From Lytechinus pictus (lineage: Eukaryota), in contig NC_087251.1 in the NCBI RefSeq assembly GCF_037042905.1, positions 24,678,001-24,742,000 of the forward strand: a stretch of 64,000 nucleotides of DNA. Reading direction: 5' to 3'. The number at the start of each line of letters is the position of its first letter. Position 1 is the stretch's first letter. A model generated the notes under the pieces. The model made no database searches. It worked only from the letters and a program-made list of their open reading frames with translations, and was not told the origin of the DNA. Shown here piece after piece: positions 53,604 through 64,000 of this stretch. A program made the translations under genes and the position numbers.

Positions 53604-53934
53604 ATTGTGGTTCCATGCATTACCAGGAGAAACGGTGTTTCTTGCCAGATGGTGCGTGATACCCAGGAATTACATTGGTGACCCCCATGATGGATTCAAC
53701 CTAGATTCTAAGAGAACTGGAAGGAAAATATGACAGTGTAACAGTCTTCTGAGTCAAAAAAAAAATCGCTATAGGCGTTGACTTGGATAATATCGCGACT
53801 TTTGTACGTTTTGTGACGAGATAGAACAATCTATACCGCTTCTATCCTTTTGTAGATTTGAATTACTTTCACTTTTTAAGACTTGTAACGTTTGGGTCAT
53901 TTCGATTAACTGACCGTTGACAGTAACCTCGACA
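53604..53934 (+). promoter_or_regulatory. Putative 5' UTR portion of the sulfotransferase coding exon, with four uORFs
   Basis: Acceptor gttctttgtgtctttcag ending 53603; uORFs at 53615-53659, 53649-53681, 53687-53704 and 53730-53741. Confidence 0.5.
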
Positions 53935-55038
53935 ATGTGGAATAATCGAAGGCAGTTTCTATTAGGCAGTTTCCTCTTCTTGGGTACTGTCACATTGTTC
54001 ATGACGGTAGGTGATTTGCGAATGGTGGGTGTCACGAGCTACCATAATAAAGACCAGAGAGACGCTGAAACTGTACATGACCACGGTTGTTATACCATTG
54101 ACACCGCATTCAACAACAAAAAACATCCCCCAAATGTTCGAGAAGAGCGCGGTTGTTCTAAGCGTCTCCCGGATGTCCTCATCATTGGCAGTAAGAAGTG
54201 TGGCACCACGACTTTAAAAAACTTCTTAGGATTTCATCCGCAAATCACTGTCACGCAATATGAAGCTCATTTTTACGACACCAAAAGGTATATGGGCATG
54301 GATTGGTTTAAAGATCAACTACCGTATGCCCTTCCAAATCAACTCGTTGTTGAGAAGACACCTCGCTATTTCGTTTATCCTGGCATCAAGGAACAGATGA
54401 GGAAGGACCTCGACCCCGACATAAAACTGATCATCGTCCTCCGAGAACCAATAACCCGCGGTGTCTCTGACTTCTTGCACATCACCTACAAGCGTTACAC
54501 CGGCGCGGACAAGAAAGCTGTAAAACCCTCCTTGTCTCCAGAGCTAGCAGAGCTTCGTAAAACATTCAAGAAGAAAGAAGCCGAATACAGTCGACGATAT
54601 CCCAATTATGACAATGTGGGATTAACTTTCGAAGAGTCGGTCTTAAATGATAAAGGAGAAATTGATGTTAGCAGTGCTATTATTGACACCGGTATTTATG
54701 TAAAACATCTAAAGGAATGGTTAAAATACTACTCGAGGGATCAAATTCTTGTCCTAGATGGTGAGCAGTTAATCCTAGAACCTTATCAAATCATGCAAAA
54801 GACGGAGAAATTCTTAGGTATTGAAACATACTTTTCCCCCGAGCATTTTCATTTCGATGTAAAGAAACGCTTCTATTGTCTTTCTAAGCCTATGTCTGTT
54901 TGTATGAAGTCATCAAAGGGCCGTATGCACCCGTCTATAAGTGATGAAATCGTTGAAAAATTAAAACAGTTTTATATGCCCTACAATATAGAGTTGGAGG
55001 AACTCTTGAACCAGACTTTTTCATGGACACACATGTAA
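53935..55038 (+). CDS. Heparan sulfate glucosamine 3-O-sulfotransferase-like (HS3ST family) type II Golgi protein, 367 aa, single coding exon
   Basis: N-terminal TM RRQFLLGSFLFLGTVTLFMTV; RLPDVLIIGSKKCGT (5'-PSB), EAHFYD, EKTPRYF, LREPITRGVSDF (3'-PB), FYCL..CMKSSKGRMHP, QTFSW. Orthology to a specific HS3ST is not resolvable by eye. Confidence 0.93.
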   Translation: MWNNRRQFLLGSFLFLGTVTLFMTVGDLRMVGVTSYHNKDQRDAETVHDHGCYTIDTAFNNKKHPPNVREERGCSKRLPDVLIIGSKKCGTTTLKNFLGFHPQITVTQYEAHFYDTKRYMGMDWFKDQLPYALPNQLVVEKTPRYFVYPGIKEQMRKDLDPDIKLIIVLREPITRGVSDFLHITYKRYTGADKKAVKPSLSPELAELRKTFKKKEAEYSRRYPNYDNVGLTFEESVLNDKGEIDVSSAIIDTGIYVKHLKEWLKYYSRDQILVLDGEQLILEPYQIMQKTEKFLGIETYFSPEHFHFDVKKRFYCLSKPMSVCMKSSKGRMHPSISDEIVEKLKQFYMPYNIELEELLNQTFSWTHM

Positions 55039-56478
55039 GTGAAACGACTTTGAAGATGGACATGTTTTGCGATTAAATTCAGTCTTCATATTTATTCTTC
55101 CACTTTTCTATATTTTTTGTCACTCTAATTTCGCCCATTTCTTCTGGGCCCTGTTGCATGAAATCGATTAATGTTAATTTTGCCATCCGATGATAACATT
55201 TCTCAACAGCTAATCAAAATGAATGATTTTATGGAAATTACCGTTGGAAGGCAAAGCTACCATGGTATCGAGGTCCGTATTGTATTTTTCGTGTTACATT
55301 CTATGTTACCTAACGCTACAAATTTTGAATTTATTTTTTCGTTGTTTCAAACTTTGTTCGAATTAAAATTGTTATGATATTCAGAATTTTATTGAAACGC
55401 CTTCACCATGATTACTGATTATACACTAATATATACTATTGAAATATTTGGTATAATCAACTATTCAAAAGGGTAACTATCAAAATACGAACGTTTTTAA
55501 TCTATGACTTCGTATTACCAAAAATATCTTCCTTCAAAGTTAGTAATGTATTTCCACAATATCAGGCACTGAAGATAATGTATCTTTGCATGTATACAGG
55601 CAAATCAATCATTGTCAACGATATTTGGCAATCCCTTCTAAATTTCCCCACCATGATTTATCGCTTTTCAATTGAATGATATCAGGAAGGAGTTTGTCAA
55701 GATATTTCACTATTGTACATGATAACATTCGTTTTAACATTCTGTGATTGCCTGCTTTTGTCGTTATAATAATTGGTACAATGTGAACTGGCCCATAGAT
55801 TATGGTGTCGTGGGGCGACGGACCTCAAAAGTTTCACTACCAAGAAAAAAAAAAAGAAAAGGGAGAACAGGAAGTAAAATGAAAGAAACGAGGGTGAAAT
55901 TCAATATTTTTTTCTTGATATTGTGTCAAAATCTATCACAAAATTATATTTTAATTTTAGAAAATTTTTAATTTTAGCCTTCCTCGCGCCCTTTTAGAAA
56001 TTTTGCCTCATCCGCCATGTTGTGCCCCTCATTTTTTTTCTGGGGGTGGTCATTATGCTACCGTTGTATGTGTGATGTGTAGGTAGGTCGATGAAAGATA
56101 AAAATATGCAAATTGTAGGCCATAGGCCGTCAGAGGGTCAATGTTACAGACATTTTGTGTTTCTCGGGTATTTATTCTCTTTGAAATGTTTCTGTTTACA
56201 AGAGCTTGCTCTGTGGTTATGAGGTAAACGGAGAAACCATTATGATAATGAGTTTATCATCGGGTTTATCATGTTTATGCTCCTTATCCGTTGTTTTATT
56301 CTATTTTCATATTTATCAAGTATTATATTAACGTGAAGTATCAAGAGTATGATTTATTTGAATGTAATTCATGTAAAAAAAGGTGTGATTCAAAGGGCAT
56401 TCTGTGACAAAGGCCCATCAAGTTAACAAGTGTCCTTTTAGATTTTTTTCATTTCTTCCTATGGTAAGACGATGTTAA

Positions 56479-57066
56479 AGGGAATGAAACCTTTGGAACA
56501 AGTAGGCTTGTGTCGAAACAGAAAAATCAAAGAATAAGAACAAAGAAAGTGAGAGAAAAATCGGACAAATAATGAGAAAGTTATGAGCATTTGAATATTG
56601 CAATCACTAATGCTATGGAGATCCTCCCGTTGGCAATGCAACAAGGACGTGTGATGTCACATGTGAACAACTTTCCCTTTGATGGACTATAAAATACACC
56701 CAAAATGTCTCTGATTGCTTTTTCTTATGGTGATACAAACTCTTTAGCCTTGATGTATTCTTTAAAAATCTGTATTACATGCCCTCCTATAGAAAGAACA
56801 CATGATCTACTGATAGATGTGATAAAAGAGGCAATTTAAGTGAAATATATACTAAAGTAATGGGGAGAGTTGTTCACTAGCAAGTGACATCACATATCTT
56901 TGTCGCATTGCCAATTTGAGGATCTCCGTAGCATTGGTGATCGCAATATTCAAATGCTCATAACTTTCTCATTATTTGTCCGATTTTTCTCAAACTTTCG
57001 TTGATCTGTTTCTTTGATTTTTCTGTTTTCACACGAGCTATCTTGTTTCAAAGGTTTCATTTTCCT
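56479..57066. mobile_element. Kolobok-type MITE with ~190-bp TIRs
   Basis: TTAA at 56475-56478 and 57067-57070; agggaatgaaacctttggaacaag / cttgtttcaaaggtttcattttcct. Confidence 0.85.
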
Positions 57067-58624
57067 TTAAGCCCCAACAAAACGGGTATGACAGCTTTGA
57101 TGATGCAAAGAGAGTGAAAGTTGAGATTGTTTAAATTTGCTAAGCATTATCGAATACTTAAGATGTGTCTGTTTTTCCTTTTGTCTTTGCTGGCAATAAT
57201 TTGTCTTATTGTTAAATGGAATCTTCAAATACCTTGTATATACAATGAATTTTTATTTTGAGTACAATGTACAGAAAGAAGACAGGGATTTGAATTGAGC
57301 ATGTGAAGTTTGCTCATGTGACTCTTTCTGTACAAGTTCGTGATGTTGTAAAGAATGTGGAACTTATGTGTCTCATTTCTGCTAAATGATAATTGAATCG
57401 TGCAGCAGAATTATCGAAATTACGATCGGTCTGGGGATTAAGTGGATGCAATGTACCAAAAAGTCCAAAATATATTTGAAAGTGAAATTGATGAAAAATA
57501 ATTATGTATTTAGTCAGTGTGAGGACGGGAGTGGTGAATTAATTCTTCTTTTTTTCTTTCAATGATTTTTTATTTTCATAACTTCATATACATATAACAA
57601 ACATAATCATTTTGCACATTAAGTTTACCGTGATATTAAAAAAAAAATACAATGCTAATGAGAGTACATGAGAAGGAAGCTCATTGAGTCATGCAGTCAT
57701 CAGCCACTCCTATGGAGTGAGCAATCGAATGTATTTTATTTATTGTTATTGTCCATAATGGACATTCTAGAAATATGAATTACCGAAAAATGAATTACAT
57801 GTATTCATTGTGCAGTGGTAATTTCAATGCGAACTGTATATTGTGGTGTGATTTTATTGTAGCCTATATTTTTTATGTATAGGCACTGTACAATTTTAAA
57901 CAGTGGGTTGTAATTTTGAAAAAAAGTAGGCCTATCTTTACATCTTTCATTAAATTATTTCCCCCTTTCGAGATACACCACTTTCGTATATATATACAGT
58001 ATGATCTACCTTAGAGAAGGGTGGAACGGGTGGGATAGTTCACAAGAGATGATTGATAAACTCAATGTAATATATCAAGTTGTTAAATCTATTTTGTAAA
58101 TGTGTATACATTGTAATTTTATCATTTTTGTAATGAATTGATTTTGTGTAAATTCTATTCACCCATGCATGAACAATATGAATACGTCTTTATAATATTT
58201 GAATTTAAGTGTATTGATTATAAAGAATTATAATTATATTAATATTGATAGTTCCATTTCGTAATTACTTGATGTATGGTAACATTATGATTCGGGTCTT
58301 TACTTTACCGTGAGCATGCACATGATAAGACCACATTCTGACCCACTGAATGTCATCATCCCATTCACTCTTTCACAGTCGTTTATCATCTATTAATTAT
58401 TCTTGTGTGACATGGTGAATACCTGCAATGTACCTCTATACAGTTTATTTACTGACTTGAATATATTGTTTTCATGTTATTTGCAACGTTTCTCAAAATT
58501 CATTAAATACCAGAAAAAAATCATGAAAATCTTACCAGTTATTTGTAGCTTCATTTGTCCCATGAGTCATAATTCTACAGCCTATCCCGAAAAGAAATCC
58601 AAAACAGATCAGTAATTAAAAAGA

Positions 58625-59870
58625 CACGGGGCCACGCGTCTTGAACTCGCTCCATTTGTGTGTCACGTCGCCAAAATCTAATCTAGCACACCTATCGGTA
58701 TAAAAATGGTATTAACTTTGAAAATATTCACCCTATCCCTAAAATATCCATATACATTTTCTGAAAAGAAATTTCATGAGGATTCCAAAAATGGCATTAA
58801 GAATGAGGAAGGGTGAACTGCTCACATTTTGTAAATGAAACTGTTCAAATTTTTAGGACCCCCAATATACTGTATTCCAGATATCCATATTTATTTTCTC
58901 TTTGCCCTTACCATTAATTAGTTATCAGATTTTGTATTGCTCAAGAAATTCCCTTTCATTTCAGATGATATATAACTTAAGGGGTTTTAATAATTTCATC
59001 AAGGTAAAGTTATTATGCAAATTTATGTTAATTTCAAATATCGAAAACCAACATTTTTGAGCAGTTTTTACCTTAAATTTCCAATGAATCATGATTAATA
59101 AATAATTGTATGATGTGTATATTATTATTATTATTATAATATCTGTTATATCTAGCTTTAAAATGAGACCAAAATCAAAGGCCCAGTCTCTTGGAAACCA
59201 AAGTTACGCATGTTTAATTCTAGCGATACAACAGTCCCATAGAGTTGCATGTAATGGGTACCGCTTCCACCACCCCTCAACAACCCTTATTTTATTCATT
59301 TGATCGAGCAAAATGACAAAAATTGATATACATATAAGCTTATACTATCACTTCTAATACAGCCTATACTCGGCTTTCAAATGACACCAATTTCATAATA
59401 ATATGTCTCCATTCAGCCGAAAAATCATGTCATAAATACTTTTGCGAGTTTTAGGGTGTTTTTTATTTCGAATCTTAGGGTTCTTTAAATTAATTATCGC
59501 TAATTAAAATTACTTCATTGAAATAAAATATAAAAGGGTGTTGTATGATTATGTTACTCACTTCAAGCTTTAAAATAAGACCATAATTAAGTCTCTGAAA
59601 CGTGACTTTCCCATAATATAGATTTTGTGTGTAACCTCCCCCCCCCCACAACCACCCTCGCCAGTTTTTGTTCTATCAATCGCCGTGTCACGAATTAACT
59701 TGCTATTGCGCTCATTTTTTTCAGACATGATAGAGTATATGTTTAGCTTAACATAACAATATCTCTCCGTTCAACCGAGATATTGTATGCTTAACCAAAT
59801 GAAAATTGAAAAAGCGTAATAAAAAACACCTTTAGGTGGGGGCGATTTCAAGACGCATGACCACATCGTG
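58625..59870. mobile_element. Degenerate CAC-terminated DNA element (Chapaev/Transib-like termini)
   Basis: cacggggccacgcgtcttgaactcgc versus gcgatttcaagacgcatgaccacatcgtg; no clean TSD. Confidence 0.45.
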
Positions 59871-61200
59871 GGGCTGCATGGCTTTGATTATGTCAGGCCA
59901 AACAAAATTACAAAATCCATTGACTCCTAATGAGGGGCCGCATCAGTTGCGTAATAAGCAAAACATTTTCAGAGGTCTTAACATGCTAAAGGCTAAAAAC
60001 TGTTTTTTTTTTTAAACTTAGAGAGAGAGAGAGCGAAGCGAGCGAGCCCAAATTTTCATAGATTTTAATATGCTATTCAAAATACCAGTAAATAACATAC
60101 TTTACCCTTTTCACAATTTTCAAAACACCGATTTTCAAGAAAAATTGTGGTTTTGAAACACTGGTCAATGGTCAATCGAGGGGTCAAACGTATTTAGGGT
60201 ATATGTTTTTTTTTCCAAAGGTTTTTTTTTTTAAGAGTAGCCAAACGTGTTTAGGGTATGGTTTTTTCCCCAAGCTTTTTCCCCGGGGTCATATTCTGGC
60301 GACAACTTGTTTAGGGCCAAAATGTGTAAATAAAGCCCGCGAAAAACTTGTTTAGGGGGTTAGTTTGCACACAGAGATAAAACTCGTTTAGGGGGTGTTT
60401 GAAAATAATTTGGTCAATTAAGAAAATATGTAATATTCTCACATAATATGTACGAAATCGTGAAATACGGGACGAAACGGCGTCCCTGGAAGGGTCATAT
60501 ACGGGACCCGGGACAAATTTGCTGAAATACGGGACTGTCAGTTGAAATACGGGACGTCGATCTGGCCCCAAGTGACCTCCGATAGGTCGGCTCCAAATCG
60601 ACGGTGTAACGAGATAGGCCACTTTTTTTACTCGATAGACGGCGCTATACCTCAAGAATGTTTTACTTGATTATGGGAAACATACCGCTGGTCATATAGG
60701 ATAACACCCGAGGGAATTGCCATATTTACTTATTATTGTTATTCATTAATTTATCTTTTATTCATTTATTTGTTTATTTATTTATTTATTCATTCATTCA
60801 TTTAATTCATTCATGTGTTCTTTATTTTATTTATCTTATTCATTTATTATATTCATTTATTTCTTATCATTATTGTTTTTGTGGGGTCATCCCCTGTAAA
60901 CAGGCATATATTTTTTATATGCTAAAGGGCAAACTTTTGCATAATAACAGTAACCAGTAAGGCGAATGAAATCTGCGACAAAATATCCAAATCGTAATAA
61001 CGTCATAAAATAGAAACTTCATTTCAACCTCCCATCCTGATTATAATATGATTACCATTACCAGTTCATATCAACATGGTTGCTGACGACAAATGGACAG
61101 AAAAAAATGCGGATGGGCTGGATGAGGTATGCATTAATACACACATAAGAGGACAGATTTTAAGTGTATCTATATGAGTCAATGATGAGTGAAAGGGTTA

Positions 61201-61326
61201 CATGGGCCGCAGAACGGTTTTGAAAGTGGCGGGGAAGGGGGCTGACCATCATTGGCGGCGGAAGCCAAAAAATTTAGGGGGGGTCCACCTGAAATTTAGT
61301 GATGGACACAAATAAAAAATTTGACA

Positions 61327-61360
<34 letters not shown>

Positions 61361-61533
61361 TAATCAACTAAAAATTTAGGGGGGACCTGTCCCCCCGCCC
61401 CCCCGCTTCCGCCGCCTATGCTGACCATGCAAAGAAATCACAATCGGGTACTTTTACGTTTTTGTACACGATTTTGGAGAAAAAAAGTGGGAGGGTGTAG
61501 CCCACCAACTAGCCCCCCGGACCGCGGCCCTTG
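61201..61533. mobile_element. hAT-type MITE, host of the nested 61250-61420 element; uninterrupted sister at 62885-63042
   Basis: Termini catgggccgc / gcggcccttg; interior matches 62885-63042. Confidence 0.7.
61250..61420. mobile_element. Small hAT MITE
   Basis: TIRs cattggcggcggaagc / gcttccgccgcctatg; perfect 8-bp TSD ctgaccat. Confidence 0.85.
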
Positions 61534-61654
61534 TGTCATGAAAAAAGAAAATTCATTTTTTTTCTAATGTAAGCAGCGGTGGTAGCGAAGCTTCTTTCGA
61601 AGTGGAGGAGCACCACTTCTACTTGAAAAAAAAGAGGCACTGAGGCAGACATAA

Positions 61655-61915
61655 TATGGGCGGAAATCCGGGGGGGGGACAGGGGGGACGCGCCCCCCTA
61701 CCCAAAATAGTAGGAGGGCACAATATCAAATGTCCCCCTACTATGTTTGGTCTTTTATGATGGAAAGAAATACATCATTCAAAATCGAAATAAAACATGT
61801 ATTTTGGACGACGAGATTACCTTACTTTTTGGGTGATTACTTTTTTTTCTTCAAATCGTCAAATTGTCCAGCCCCTGGTCCCCCTCCTACCCTTGGGGAG
61901 AGATTTCCGCCCTTG
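61655..61915. mobile_element. Small hAT-type MITE
   Basis: TIRs tatgggcggaaatc / gatttccgcccttg; flanks agacataa / agacatat. Confidence 0.75.
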
Positions 61916-62884
61916 AGACATATTATACAGACATCATCAAAGAAATAAAGCCCTATAATATTGTTATCACTGCTATAAATTGTACTATTTCAGGACTATT
62001 GTTTAATTGTAGCCTGAATTGATTTATCTTTTGGCAACATCAACATTTCTCTTTCATTGGCTATCATTTCCCAAACAAACAATCAATCAAACGAACAAAC
62101 AAAACAAAACCCTATAAACAACAACAAAAGCTTGTGATCAGATAGCAGAAAGAGCCGAGTGCTTTCCTGTAAGATTTGGTACAGATTTAAAAAGAAAAAA
62201 AAATTGTCATACATTATTTATTCTTTATTCATTCCTTGATTTGATGGGGGGGGGGGGCAACCGACTGCACCCTATCCCCTGATTCTATAACAAAATTAAG
62301 AAATTACCCTAATGACCTCAGTGAACAAGGAAGATTTCAGTGTTTCACTGTAGAGGTCAATAAAAAAAGTAGTTTTTTATTTATTTATCTGAGTTGTAAA
62401 TAAAGGAGTGGTTATCAGAATGGAGCCCGGAATGGAGAAACATGCACTGTAGAAAATGAGCATCCAGCAGTTCTTCCCTACTTTCAGAAAATAAGAAAGT
62501 AAATAGCCGTAAAAAAGGACATACTGAAGCTTTGATTTCGACATGCACAAATCGGAGTAAAATCCGGGAGTAAAATCGCGTGAATGACTAACAAAGTTAT
62601 AAAATCGAATCGAAAGAGCCATTGGACGCTAATGAATAGCTAGCACCAATGATTTTAGCAATTTTTTCGACGATTTTGCTGTACCAATATAGTGCTCTTT
62701 CCTTTGAAAGAGCTATGTCATTGCATTAGCATGATGATTTGGCTTGGAAGAAGAAGCCACGGAATGTAAAAATCTGAAGAAAAAAATCAATTTCTGATCA
62801 CTTGCATCCTTGACATAATTATTAGTAGGGAAGAATCGACGTCATCGCTCATATGACCCCCATCCATGGTAGTACGGTACTACT

Positions 62885-63042
62885 CAGGGGCCGCGGCCCG
62901 GTTTTCAAATATTTGTGGGGGGCTGACCATGTAAAAAATCACAATCATATGGTCATTAGTACGATTTTGTACACAGTTTTGGAAAAAAGTGGGGGGGGGG
63001 GGCTGAAGGCCCCCCCCCCCTCCCCCGCTTCCGCGGCCCCTG
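62885..63042. mobile_element. hAT-type MITE
   Basis: TIRs caggggccgcgg / ccgcggcccctg. Confidence 0.7.
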
Positions 63043-63561
63043 CCTATTGCAGGTAGGATGCAAAGCTCACCATCAATTGGTGGTAGAGCTGGGGAATCCC
63101 CCTGTCATTATCCGAATATATGTTGTAAAAAATACCTTAAAATATTTTTGATAATACATCTGGAACAAAATTTAGATACAAAATAATGATTTTTAATGAT
63201 AATAGAATATTGAAAATAGAATTTACTACATATGTATTTTCATTAATGATTAAAAATACACAAAAAACTCATTATTTGCGAAAAAATTGGCAAAAAATAA
63301 TGATGTCACAGGATATCAGGCAGGAGCGATGCGATGTTGTTAGCTGTTCGCATACAAAAATCATTCCGATCATTCTTGCTAGCTTAGACTCCGAGAGAAG
63401 CATTTACTTACACTTTTATATTGTATGTAATTTGTGTTTCAGGGTTCGATTTCCTATAATGTGAATCAAGGACTTATCGACTGAGTAACTGAGAGCATTT
63501 ATGACATATTAATTTTCATTCAGCTGCATGCAACTTGCAACGGCTACGCTACGGTGCATCG

Positions 63562-63595
63562 ATGATGGCGACCAGCAACAGCAACATTTCGAGAG
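63562..63595 (+). CDS. Candidate first coding exon of a downstream gene (MMATSNSNISR+G)
   Basis: CpG-rich unique context, strong Kozak-like atgATGG, consensus donor GAG/GTGAGT at 63596; no downstream exon in the window. Confidence 0.35.
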
Positions 63596-64000
63596 GTGAG
63601 TGAGTGTGCTGCTGCATGCTGTCTGCAGTCTGACGTGACTGAGCTGAGCTGCTTTGTTGTATTCTCCTGTATCCAGTTGTTGTGTACCCCTATCTGGAGT
63701 CTGGACAATCGCTTTCAAACAAAATTTGCACTCAAGTGTTTCTACAACTATAAAAGAACAGTGTTGTTAGGAAATATTTAGACTTTTTATAAAAAGGTTA
63801 CATAAGTCATAACTTCATAAGGCCGAAGCCAACCTGGCCTAAGGGCAAGGCTAAGCTTAGTCTTGAGGACGCAATGATGATGACTTTTAAAATCCTGTCA
63901 TATACTTCTTCATCATTGACGTCTTGAACAGGCCTTCATAGACATGCAAGAGAACGAAGTAAACAAAGATGGATTTCCTTAGGAAATCCATCTTTTCATA

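Noticed and set aside
53917..53934. TTG start given in the ORF track for the sulfotransferase
   Set aside because: Eukaryotic gene; the first in-frame ATG is 53935, directly before the TM anchor.

Overview
AT-rich animal genomic DNA with spliceosomal introns. The repeat families (tRNA-derived SINE, Kolobok/hAT/EnSpm/Tc1 MITEs, Helentron-type HINE, 15-bp foldback) suggest an echinoderm such as a sea urchin; this is inference. Two host genes are well supported. One is a complete 7-exon OTUB1-like deubiquitinase on the minus strand (22079..14552, 269 aa, all GT-AG junctions in frame). The other is a heparan-sulfate 3-O-sulfotransferase-like gene with a single coding exon on the plus strand (53935..55038). 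Two weaker candidate first exons lie at ~28150-28630 and 63562-63595. The rest is nested transposon debris, including a decayed PHD-APE-RT CR1/L2-group LINE, two truncated LINE 3' ends and many MITEs with visible TIRs and TSDs. The most notable observations are: a 77-bp higher-order minisatellite in inverted orientation around ~7 kb; a head-to-head ~175-bp array; four long palindromes that all have a single central base; a 159-bp locally copied segment at a LINE 5' junction; an OTUB2-like Gly in the OTUB1 catalytic loop; and a divergent sulfotransferase with a basic insertion and a uORF-laden leader. I could not establish a clearly new biological system. TE superfamily calls rest on terminus and TSD rules, not database searches.
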